Source of the DNA: Octopus bimaculoides
Taxonomy: Eukaryota
Reading direction: 5' to 3'
Assembly (NCBI RefSeq): GCF_001194135.2
Contig: NC_068982.1
Location: forward strand, 184,229,617 to 184,293,616
DNA length: 64,000 nt
Shown here: in pieces, positions 48,881 to 60,783 of the stretch
Position numbering within the stretch: position 1 is the stretch's first letter
How the letters are laid out: each line of letters opens with the position of its first letter
Translations under genes and position numbers: made by a program
Notes under the pieces: model-generated
Told to the model about the DNA's origin: nothing
The model's database searches: none
Seen by the model: the letters and a program-made list of their open reading frames with translations, nothing else

Positions 48881-50264
48881 GTGTGTGTGTACATATAATG
48901 TGTGTGTGTATGCATATGTGTATGTATATGTGTGTGTGCGTGTGTATCTTTGTATGTATATGTATAAATGTTGAGAGAGAGAGAGAAAGAGAAGAAGTGC
49001 GGAGAGCAAGAATGAAATGTTGGTATGGAATAGAGATTCAAGCTTTCACATACATAGACTCACAGACTCACAGACACAGACACACAGACACAGACACACA
49101 TATAGATACGCACTTAAAGACAGAGCAAAAGAAATATTTCTCCGCCGTCACAGCCATCTTTACCACCAGCGCCATCATCAGTTCTGCCGCACAAGCAGTA
49201 ACAACAATAGCAACAACAACAATAACAACAACTGCATCAATAACAGCAGCTGCAGCAGCAGCAGCAGCGGCGGCGGCAGCCATTTTTGCCTTTGAAGTCG
49301 GTTAACATCAAAGAAAGTCGGATTAGTGTTTCTTCAACGGAAGACAAAACTACTAACATCTCTTTAGTCATTGAATAAAACAAGATATTTGTGTGTAGCC
49401 ATTACGACTGCCACCGCCACGACCATCACCATCACCACTACTTCTGGCTCCACCACTGCAGCAACTCTTACTACTACTACTACTACCACGACTTTAATAT
49501 TAAAAAAAAAACATCTCCACCTTCACCATCACCACCACCACAAACTCTACAACCTCCACCACCACTACAACTTCCAGCATTACAAATATGATAACTACCT
49601 TCACTTCCACCAGAACAACTATCGCCACCACCATCAAAACCACCACCACCACCACCACTACTACTAACAGCATCTCCACTTCGAGCCTTATCACCACCAC
49701 CACCATCATCATCTTTCACTACCACAACCTCTGCCTCCTTCTCCTTCACCACCACCCCTATTACCACTACCACAACCACCACCACAACTTCCAACATCGC
49801 CAGCACGACCATCAACATGATCATCATTGCCTCACCACAACTTCTAGCACCGCCATAATACCAGCCGCTACCCAATCACCTTCACACCACCTATGCTATC
49901 AATACAATCAACAAGAAGGACCGATGCTCGACTTGCTAGAAATACCAACCAAATATCCCTTAACTATCTCTCTCCTGTCTTAAGTAAGGAAAGGACAAGA
50001 CAATATAGTCTTCCATAACTCTAAAAATGATGAGATGGTCACATGACAAATTTGCTTTATCAGGAGTGATTTAGGACTAACCAAACAAAAACAACTCCGA
50101 GGAGATCCTCTCCGTAACTTTGACAGCCAGTCAGGCAGCAAGGATCTTTTAGATGAAATATCTAAGACTACAGTTCTTCATTCCCAATCATTCTGAGTTC
50201 GTAACACACTGGAACAAACTAAAATACGATGTACCTCATACTGTAATTTTAGAAAAAAAAAAAT

Positions 50265-50653
50265 GGTACTTTTTGGTTATCTCACCCCCATTAAAAAATT
50301 GGGTTATTTCACCCCGTTTTACGAGAAATATCGGTACTTTTGGTTATCTCCCTCAACAGAAAACTTGTTTAACCCTCAATAAAGCAAAAAAAAAAAAATT
50401 TTTTTAATGAAAATATAAATAAACATGAAAACTGAAAAACAATAAACATCTTATTGAATCTGATAACATTTTTATAACAACTCATACCATGCCTATTAAA
50501 GAAGCCAAACATCAACAATGTGTTGAAGTATTGAATCAAAACGATCTCTTTTAATCCAATCTGTTGTCGCCACATAAACTCAATTTTTTAATGGGGAGAT
50601 AACCTAATTCTAATGACAATTTTTTAATGGGGGTGAGATAACTAAAAAGTACT
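50265..50653. mobile_element. Merlin-like MITE
   Basis: ~38-bp TIRs ggtactttttggttatctcacccccattaaaaaattg / caattttttaatgggggtgagataactaaaaagtact, subterminal repeats, and aaaaaat on both flanks. Confidence 0.75.
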
Positions 50654-51144
50654 AAAAAATGCAGCTTGATAGTTTGCAATTTAGAAAACATATATAGAAA
50701 ATTATTGTTTATCATCCACTTGTGAGAATGCCGAATGGTTAAGAAATTCGTTATACATTCACTTGATCTCGGGTTCAAGAAACATCCTGGATAAGCCTCT
50801 TTTGTCATCTTCTTGGGCCACCATCTTCCTTGGGAAGATGGTGGCCCAAATAAATAGGTCTATTCTTAACATTCGGCAGTAAAGTATCGAACGAAACTAA
50901 GAGAGAATACTAGCCCTTGGCAGGAAGTTTAATATGGGACATGTAGGTTTCTCTGATTGACCCTAAATGGTGGTTTCCCTTTTGGGATACATTTTTCTTT
51001 CATTAACCCTTTTATATTTACACCGTTGTTTTTTTATGTCTGCTTCTCATTCATAGTCTTCTCTGTAATCCCCCACCCTCATCTTTGCAATCTGTCTTTG
51101 TAATTCTCCACCATCTGTTACCCCTGTGCTGTGAAAAAAGCAAT

Positions 51145-51346
51145 GAGCTGGTAGGATCGTTAAAGCGTCGAAAAACTGCTTTGTAGTATTTCTCCCGGAT
51201 CTTCACTTCTGAGTTCAAATCCAGCGGTCAACTTTGCCTTTTATCCTTTCCGTTGATAAAATAAGTACCAGTCAAAAACTGGGGTCAATGATATCGACTA
51301 ATCCTCCTCTCCACAAAATTGCTGGCTTTCTGCCCAAATTTGAAAC
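51145..51346 (+). mobile_element. SINE family A
   Basis: ctgagttcaaatcc B box, ttgataaaataagtaccagtc central block, aaaattgctggc tail. Confidence 0.88.
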
Positions 51347-51449
51347 GACCATCATCAATCATCGATGTCATCGTCATCGTCATTACTATTCGCTGCTGAC
51401 CTGTTCAGACGTATTTTTATATTGTTCTGACCATTCAGAATTACAGTGC

Positions 51450-52450
51450 CGGAGACGCTGCCGTAAATTCACCTGGAACAGCTGGTATCAACTAGGGAGA
51501 TGAGTAAATAAGTGTTCAGCATCAAATCCAGATTCTATTCAAACTGATCGGAAACATTTCTGAAGGTACTGGTATTGACAACAAAGTTACAGACATGGTG
51601 AGGCTCCCTGACCCCATTTACTTTAAATGTTGGATGCAGGTTTATGATATGGTGGAACACAGAAGGCCCATATGCTATAACTGTGGAAGCACGAACCACT
51701 TAGCTGTTATCTTCATTGTAGTAAAGGAGAAGAATACGCAAGACATCTGTTATTAGCACCCATAATACAGAAGCAGAAGCAGCAGCAAACACAATGAAGG
51801 AAGTAACATCCCCACGATCAGTAGTGACAACAGTAGCAATAATCCTAAGAACATCAGCAACCGAACACATTAGCAACTGAACACATTAGCAACTGAACAC
51901 ATTAGCAACCCCAAAACCTATCAGAAGTATAACTGATGAGTGTCCCTCCACCACCACATTAAATAAACACGATCAACATAAATGAGATAGATACAGACAT
52001 AAGCGGACATGCTGGTCTTCATCTCAGATCATTCTCTACAACAATTCATTAAATGACAAAAATGAGAAGTACAATGGTAAAAAATCGTGTTGAGCGAGCA
52101 GAGGAAGAAAAATAATAGCGTAGGCCGAGGAATTTGACGTGACATTGAAGTAACCGCCAACCAGCCAAAATCCCCGCCTCACCACCACCATCACAACAAC
52201 AACAGCTAAAGCTGCAGTCTCGAAACAACAAACGCTACATGAGATAAACATGTAAAGACAAGAATAACCAGAGCAAACATATCGACAGAAACAATCAAAA
52301 CATAAGCAAAAAGAACAATAGCAGTAACGATAGCAGCCACAGTAAAAATAAGCAAACCCGTAATCAGTCCTTCTACTCAACTCACTGGTTGCACTAGAAA
52401 GAAATAGTAAATAAAACAACCGAGAGATAAAATATAAGCAAAAAGAGAAA
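51450..52450 (+). mobile_element. Possible LINE ORF1 remnant with zinc knuckle
   Basis: HRRPICYNCGSTNHLA (~51655-51705) resembles a CCHC knuckle and is followed by low-complexity coding-like sequence. Confidence 0.4.
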
Positions 52451-54673
52451 TTCTTGAAGAATTAGTTCTAAAAAACCATGAGATAGACTTCTGGTGATGT
52501 TTTCACTACATGAGTGTACTGCAAAACTTTTCCTACATGAAGTAAGATTTTCTGAAAAAGAGCGGACAAAGAACAATTAGAGCGGACTTTGAAAGCTCTC
52601 TTCTCTGCCAAGAATTATCCAGTCTTCAAAATAAGTGTGAATTTTCACCTTTTCTCCGCCCCAACAAGGACCATATTTAGAGTTTGTGGAGTAAAAATTC
52701 ACAACACTTGCAGTTGGCCTGCAAGCAAGATCTGTTGCTTACTGCCTTCATGTCATTACATATAGAAGCGGTAACTATTAGCAAACCAAGATTTTGATAT
52801 AGATATTCACGCTTCTCGATGATTACAAAATGTAGGTTTCTTTCAGTCGCCCTGACCGAATGGAGTGGTAGTGGTGTTTCAAAAATGGTGCTGGTAATAT
52901 TTCTGAACCCAGAAGAAAAGCCAGTGGCCTTGGACAAGTTAAGACCAGCAGCGAAAGAAGTGTCTTTAGACTAGTGTCTGTTTGTGCCACGACTAGCGCA
53001 GCGTAGCCGGGAGGGCTTTTCCATGCGTTTAAAAACATTCGTGGGGACGTCCTCGTCATTAGTATTAGCGAGTATTTAAAACCAACACACCATCTCTGGT
53101 AGCTCCAACACACCATCTCTGGTAGCTCCAACACGCCAATCTGGGTCGCATAAGTCGTATCCAGGTAAAGTATTTGTTAGTTCAGCGGATAAGGGTAGCT
53201 TAAACTATCCACAGTTTCGGTTGATGGTCTTATGTAGACCACAAGTCTGTTATCTGCACGGTAAACTGAGATAAGATACATCGATAGGAAACCAGTTACA
53301 AGAAAGTGAGCACGTTGTTTCCGGTCGGACGCCTACAGCAACGGTTCTCTGATAGTGAAACGTTCATAAAAGGGAAAACCATTCGGTCGTGGAAATAATT
53401 AAAACACGTCCCCCACCACGAATAACTGATACATCACACCATTATTAGCATAAGCACTACGTATAATCAAGTCCTCCGCTAAACTGCTGCATAATACGTG
53501 ATACCTTGTGTGGAGATATTTGGAATATGTGGCACAAAACAATCTGTTCTTGGATCTGAACTTGAATTGACAAATATATTACTTCTTTTCAAAAGGGATT
53601 CAACTATTCACCCCTGAGTTCGACTGATCTGAACAATAGAGTGATATTGTAAATATTAAATCATAGATAGTAGATTCACTTATTCGCTTCTCTACACACT
53701 TACCTGCAAACCGTTGCCAATGGTATATGTAATTAGCCATTTTGGGATTTTATCACCAGCTCACGACAGAATTTTAACCACTAGCAATCAGTAAAACAGC
53801 CAACTGTTAACCACAGTTCACAGATCTTGCTCTTCCTTGCAGGGACTAATCGCATGAACATCGACATACGAACGAAAGCACTATTTTTACAAGTCACAAG
53901 CTATTGAAGCTTATCAGTTTACAGCTACAAGCTAGAGCAGCGGAAACGGCTGCTAGAGCCCGCAAGCCATTGCAGTTTGTTCAGCATACAGTTACAAGCC
54001 ATTTGTAACTTACATAACTTTTAGTCACACTTCATTGCATCTGATGCAATTTACAGTTGCAAGCCAATGCAACTTTTGCAGCTTATAGTTACGCATACTT
54101 CGTCGTCCGTTGCAACAACAGAACCTCGAATAGGATTCTTGCTTTAGCTCTTCATAATACGAGACGCGTGAATAATTAACTTGAACGCTAATTTATAACT
54201 GTCAGATTCTGTAAAAAGCATGCGTATTTTTCTCCTTTTCCAAGCCTCTCTAAAAAAGATTCGTAATACACAACAGTGTCTAACGTATTTTCTATACATG
54301 AATTATTTAATAGAAATTGATTCGAGAATTTTTTATATAACGTATGAAGAGTTCAAAGTAATATCAAAACATTACTCGGAACTGATGTTTTATATAACAC
54401 ATAAATACCTATATCATATTAGTTTAATCTGTGGTCCTATATTATTTGCAATAAAAATCATTCTATGACTGGGACTAGACAGTTCTAAACACTAAAATCA
54501 GAACAGAGTATGAGATGATAAATAAAGAGATAAATTAATAAATAAATACTTACACACTTATAGACTTATGCATACATACATACATACATACATACACACA
54601 TATATGTATATGTGTGTGTGTGTGTATGCATGTGAGTTTGTGTGTGTGAGTATATACATATATATATGTGTGT

Positions 54674-54960
54674 GGTGTGATCTATAAGTATCCGGACTGT
54701 GGCCATAATAACGAAGCTAAAGCATGCAGTGTGAAGCCGCTTGGCACTGATTGATCTTGAACTTTGCTGTGCATGCGCACTAAGTTTTAACGTTCTAGCT
54801 TACTTCCGTTGCTTATAGCAGAACTTCGAAGGAACGTGTGTAGCGTGTGATCGTCGCATTGACCATGACAGAGAACGTTGAGCAGAGAATTTACGTCAAA
54901 TTTTGCCAAAAGCTTGATGATACCTGCTCAAAGGCCTACGCAAAGTTTTCAAAAAGGTTT
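54674..54960 (+). mobile_element. Mariner 5' end with transposase N-terminus
   Basis: TIR-like ggtgtgatctataagtatccggactg, then MTENVEQRIYVKFCQKL, the mariner N-terminal HTH motif EQRxxIKFC. Confidence 0.75.
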
Positions 54961-55129
54961 TCATCGTTCTCAATACAATCAAGGAGATCTTGTGCAACTG
55001 GAACCCGAGTATTACTCTCACCCCATCATGAGGAATAGTAGGAGTGCCATTGAATAGTGAGAGAGGGAGTCTAAGTGTGACACACTGACACACAGAAATT
55101 AGTTTTCACCTTTGTTATTTATATTATAT

Positions 55130-55205
<76 letters not shown>

Positions 55206-55292
55206 TGTATGTATGTATGTATGTATNNNNNNNNNNNNNNNNNNNNNNNNNNNNNNNNNNNNNNNNNNNNNNNNNNNNNNNNNNNNNNNNNN

Positions 55293-55367
<75 letters not shown>

Positions 55368-56289
55368 TGTATGTATGTATGTATGTATGTATGTATATTA
55401 TGTAATCGATCAAGGTAAGTGAGAGTTAATGGATGCGATCATCAACAACAAATTTGTGGGTGTCTCTGAAAAGAGGGATTAAAGTAGACTGCATCTGTCG
55501 TTTTCGTGAGTCACTGCAGCGACGATTTTCGTTTCGCTTCGATGCATATTGTGTTTTTAACACAAGTCTATGAAGAGATTTTATCTCAGGCAGTTCCACA
55601 CCGCCATGCTTTCTAACGGTGTGAGTACTTTTGTATGATACCTAAATGGCGATATTATTGTTGTTGTTGTTGTTGTTATTAGTGAGGTTACGGCGAACAG
55701 CAGTTATTACATGTAAGATGGCTGTCTTAAGGATGCACGTTGGATAATATAGTCCTGGATTCCTTGCACAGAGCTACATATGAGAAAAACGGGACGGTCA
55801 CAGCTGATGTGTTCAATCGAGGGTAATCTAGGGATTAACAATAATAACAACGCTTCGATACATTTACTAAGCCTCACCCATAACACAAAACCCTACTGCA
55901 CTATATTTACAGTACACCAGACATAACTACATCTGGTCACGGTTAGAACGCCTTTGCTCAAAGGTGTACTCTTATAGGATTCACATGGAGTTAAACAACT
56001 CCCCACTCCAACGATGAACTTCTCAGCACTACACAACATTTTACTGGCATACTACAATGCACTACACCCCTTACCACAACACCTATCACCTCACGACCAC
56101 AACTACCACCACCACCACCACCACCACCACTACCACCACCACCACCACCACACCACCATCACCACCACCACCACACCACCATCACCACACTTCACTACAT
56201 CTTTAAACACCAGACACATTAACAGTTAAGATGAATATTATTCACTGTCGAAATGGCTGTCGGAAATTACCGAACATTGCTTGGTTATT

Positions 56290-56520
56290 TATCAAAGAAT
56301 TAGTTGAAACAACATCCTGATAGTGTCTGAGAGTTGGTGCCAGCCATATATATTTTTGTCATGAAGCCAGTTTGTCTTTACCACTCTCTCTTTACCCTTC
56401 TCTCTTACACTTCCCTTCATCCCGAACCACCTCACCCGAGTTAAATCCATCATTACAACTGTGATGCATGGAGTCACTTGTTTTGTCACATCTGACTTCT
56501 TTCTCAGTAGTAAACATCGC
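56290..56520 (-). mobile_element. Possible RTE-like LINE C-terminal fragment
   Basis: LTRVRWFG resembles RLRWxGH. Confidence 0.3.
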
Positions 56521-56849
56521 AGACTGAATTATGTTGGTGTGCGATGAGGAGAAGGTATGTTCTACACAAGAGACAGGGTCCTTAATTAGAGAGTAAACAG
56601 GGATATCAAGTCTTTCTTTCTAATAAAGGTATTTGGCGAGGAAACATTACATAAGCCGATCTTGTGAATTCGTGTCTTGAAATAAATTTTGTTGAATCTC
56701 AGGAGGATCATTATATCAATAATAGACACACGCATTAGTTCTCTTTCACTTCTTCATTATTCTTCAATTGGTTAACTATTTAACTAGTTGACTAAGCGAT
56801 TGTTTGGATAATCATTCAGTTAATCAATCGATCAGTTATATTTGCCAAA

Positions 56850-57068
56850 GTTCCGCTACTGTAAAGTCAGACAGTCAGTCGTTGCAGTCAGTCAGTAGTA
56901 GCAGAGTCGTTGTACGAGTTCTCAGTTGGAGTCAGTGTCAGTTAGGTGATATATACGAGCTCAAGTTACTGTCAAGGTAGACGTTTCAAAGTCGTTGTCT
57001 TGCGGAACTATCAGCGATAGCACGATAGACAAATCAAAGATAATAAGACGCGAAATACCACCACAACA
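56850..57068 (+). repeat. Upstream LTR of Gypsy element (recognisable part; true 5' start unresolved)
   Basis: Homologous to 60610-60686; ends ...ccacaaca and is followed by a PBS-like tggcggcaagaat at 57075. Confidence 0.75.
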
Positions 57069-57297
57069 TAATAGTGGCGGCAAGAATATTACAGTGCCGA
57101 CGACAACGTACAGATGGACGAGAATCCACATTATACCAAATAATTTTTCACGTGGAGAAATTAAAAACTCCACATTTTTATTGAATATAATTTACGAAAA
57201 GTCGGTAAAATCATGGAAACTTTGTTGGCAACAACAACAACAACTCAAAGAACAAGAAGAACAACAACAAACGTTACAGTAACAAATACTACAATGA

Positions 57298-58100
57298 ATG
57301 AAGTTGGTAACAAAACCAGAAAATACGATTTCGCGAGACCAAGTAGCAAATTCAATAAATGAATTTAAATATGATCCGGAAGAAGGAGTCACCTTTGAGG
57401 CATATCACCGAAGACTTGAACAAATTTTTGAAAAAGAATGCCAAGACTGGACGGACGAAATGAAAACGCGTCTAATTCCGAGGAAAACGGCGACGATAGA
57501 GCATGAGAAATACTGTAACTTTATATTGCCTAAAAATGTTTCTGGCATAAATTTCACGGACACAGTTGACATTTTATGTAGGATATTTAGTGAAAAAACA
57601 TCGTTGTTCAACACGCGTTGGAAGTGTTTAAAAACTGAGAAAAAGCGATGACGAAGACTTTACCACATATGCGGGTAGAGTGAACTGAGAGTGCGAGAGA
57701 TTTGGATTAGATAGACTAACTTCAGACTCATTCAAGTGCCTGATTTTTGCTCAGGGACTTACTGCCAAAAAGGACGCAGAAGTTAGAACGAAAATTCTCG
57801 TAAAGCTGGAAATAGACCAAGATATAACTCTCTAGAAACTATCACAAAAGTGCGATATGATATTAAAAGTGAGGCACGACACAAGAAATCCAACGCAGAG
57901 ATTGTTTACAGATAAAACCAGCGTGGAAGAGTCGGAAGACGAATAACGTGTTTCACAAAAAAACAGGTATACTTCGGGTGATAAACCCATGTACGGCATG
58001 TAGTGGCAGGTACCTAAGAAAAGAGTGTCCGTTCAAAAAAGCGAAGTGTTTTCGTTGTGGGAACACGGGGCACATTAAATCGCACTGCAGAACTAAGATA
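57298..58100 (+). pseudogene. Gypsy gag (disrupted) with CCHC zinc knuckle
   Basis: EFKYDPEEGVTFEAY..., DFTTYAGRVN*ECERF, FKCLIFAQGL, and CFRCGNTGHIKSHC at 58047-58088. Confidence 0.88.
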
Positions 58101-58199
58101 ACGAAAAATTGAACCAAACGAGAGAAAAAAAAGTTTGTCATCAGAGAAAAAAATATAAATAATTTGTCATTAGAGAAAAAAGTTTGTACAACGAAGACG

Positions 58200-60505
58200 G
58201 TGAGAATCAAGGTGAGAATCAAAGCCACTAGTGTCAAAATGCAATTAGACACGGGTAGTGACATCACAATTATAAATGAAGAAACATGGCGACAAATCGG
58301 TAAGCCGAAATTATTTAAATCAAATAAAGTGGCATATGGTGTTACAGGAAAGAAATTATATTTCATCGGCGAATGTATTTGCAATGTAACATTTCGAGGT
58401 GAAACGAAAAGGACAATCATTTATTTGTTGAGAAAAATCACTAAACCTATTTGGCACAGAATGCATGGAGTTATTTAAAATGTGGGATACCCCTATTAGT
58501 GTTCTCTGTGAAAATGCAGTTGGCACGGTTAAAAGTTCGAATGAAGTCGAGCAACTGAGACAAAACATTAAAAAATTGTTTCCAAATGTTTTTTTTTTTT
58601 TTTTTTTTTGGAAGGATTAGGCTGTTGTACTAAAACAAAAGCGAGGATCGCAGTAAAAGAAAAGGCAACACCTGTTTTTAGGCTCCAACGGAACGTACCG
58701 TTTGTGGCGTTGGACCAGGTCAATAAAGAGATAGAAAGACTAGACAGTCTAGCTATAATTGAGAAAGTCGGCCATTCAGACTGGGCAGCTCCGACGATTT
58801 ATGTACAGAATAAAAAATAATAAACTAAGAGTATGTGCAGACTTTTCAACCAGATTAAATGACTCCATTACCAAGCCCAGAAAAAGTGCTATAAATGAAG
58901 GAAAAATTTTCTCGAAGTTAGACCTCTCGGAGGCCTATCTACAGATACAGGTAGAGAAAGATTGCGCTCACTTTTACACACTGTGGATTGTATAAATTCA
59001 AGCGGCTTCCTTTTGGAGTAAAAGTGACACCTGCCATATTTCAACAAGTGATGGACGCAATGTTAAATGATTGAGACTTCGCTATCGCTTATCTCGATGA
59101 TATTTTGATAAAGAGCGAGTGAGTAGAGCAACACTTCGAATATATTAAAAATGTATTCGAAAAATTAAATGGATACGGGTTTAGACTAACAGAGGAAAAG
59201 TGTGAAATTTTGATGGAAAAAAATAAAATATTTGGGTCAAGTAATCGACGAATGGGGACGAAAGCCAGACCCATCAAGAGCAACGGCAATACAGAATATA
59301 CCGTCCCCAACAACGTCAAATTGTTATAAGCATTTTTAGGTTTGGTAAACTGCTATCAAATATATATCCTGAACACACACAACACAAGGGCTCCACTAAA
59401 CGAACTGTTAAAAAGGATGCCAAATGGTTTTGGTCAGAAAATTGCCAGAAGGCATTTGAGGAACTAAAAAGCATGTTAACTTCAGGCTTGTCGCTTACAC
59501 ACTTCGATCCGAAGTTGGAAACTAGACTAGTAACAGATACTAGTGAGTACGAGGTAGGTGCCGTACTCCTGTACAAATGTGAAGATGGCAGCCAAAAGGC
59601 CATAGCTCACGCGTCAAGGACGCTATTGCTAGCAGAAAAAAATTATAGCTAAATTGAAAAAAGAGGCGTTGATGATTATATTTGGCATAAAAATGTTCCA
59701 CAGGTTTATATATGGTAGACGGTTTAGACTACAAACAGTTCATCGCCCGTTGCTAACGATTCATGGAACCAAGAAAGGAATCCCAGTACATACAGTAAAC
59801 AAGCTGCAAGGATGGGGCACCATACTACTAAACTACGACTACGCAATAGAATATTTACCTTCGAAAAAGGTAGGACAGACTGACGGCCTCTCCAGGTTAA
59901 TACCCAGAAATGGCGAACCATTCGAGGACACAGTAATAACAGCTCTAAGAGCCGAAGAAGAAATTAAACACATAATGTGGAACATTATACGAGAGTTACC
60001 AATAACTCTGGAGGAGATAAAGTGACACGCATCAAAAGATAAGTTAATTAATGAAACAAAAAAAATTCTGTGGTCAACGAAAGAAAACAAAAATATTCGG
60101 TAAGAAAAAAAACAACGTGACGTAAACATATATTCAACATGCGACGACGTACTCGTGTATGGCCAAAGGGTTGTGATACTCTGCAAAAAATAATGTTGAA
60201 AGAATTCCATATTGGACATCCGCGGATCGCAAGGATGAAAGCGCTTATGCATAGTTATGTGTATTGGCCGAAGATCGACTAGGAAGTCGAAAACGTAGTA
60301 AAAGGCTGCAGCGAAATTGCCTACTCAAAAATGGGAGGCTTGGCTAGAAGTAAAATGTCCATGGTCAAGACTACATATCGATTTTGCGGGTCATTTAATG
60401 GTTATTACTACTTAGTAGTAGTTGGCAGTTTTACAAAATGGCTCGAAATTGTTAAGTGCAAAAGACCAATTGTCTGAATTGTAATAAATTTTTTGCACGA
60501 ATTAG
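58200..60505 (+). pseudogene. Gypsy pol (protease-RT-RNase H-truncated integrase), disrupted
   Basis: LDTGS (DTG 58248-58256); FSKLDLSEAYLQ; YLDD (59090-59101); RNase H YS*IEKEAL...FHRFIYGRRF; integrase HIGHP..YVYWP..GC and WSRLHIDFAG, then truncation. The PR-RT-RH-INT order is Ty3/Gypsy. Confidence 0.93.
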
Positions 60506-60573
60506 GAGGGGTGAATAAAGTAAAATAAAATCACTTGCTTTCTAAAGAAAAGAAAAACAACTAAACGGGGAGA

Positions 60574-60686
60574 TGTTGTAGAGAAAATGGTACACTTCTG
60601 TCCACGGTACACTCAGCCACTATAAATTCAGACAGTCAGTCATTGTAGGAGGTCAGTAGTAGCAGAGTCGGAATACCGCCAGAACA
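60574..60686 (+). repeat. Downstream LTR of Gypsy element (short, internally deleted)
   Basis: Follows the PPT-like aaacggggaga, starts TGTTGT and ends ...agaaca; lacks ~140 bp present at 56910-57051. Confidence 0.8.
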
Positions 60687-60783
60687 TAATAGTGGCGACA
60701 AGAATATTACAGTGCAGACGACAACATACAAATGGACGAGGATCCACATTATAACAAATAATAATAATAATAATAATAATAAT

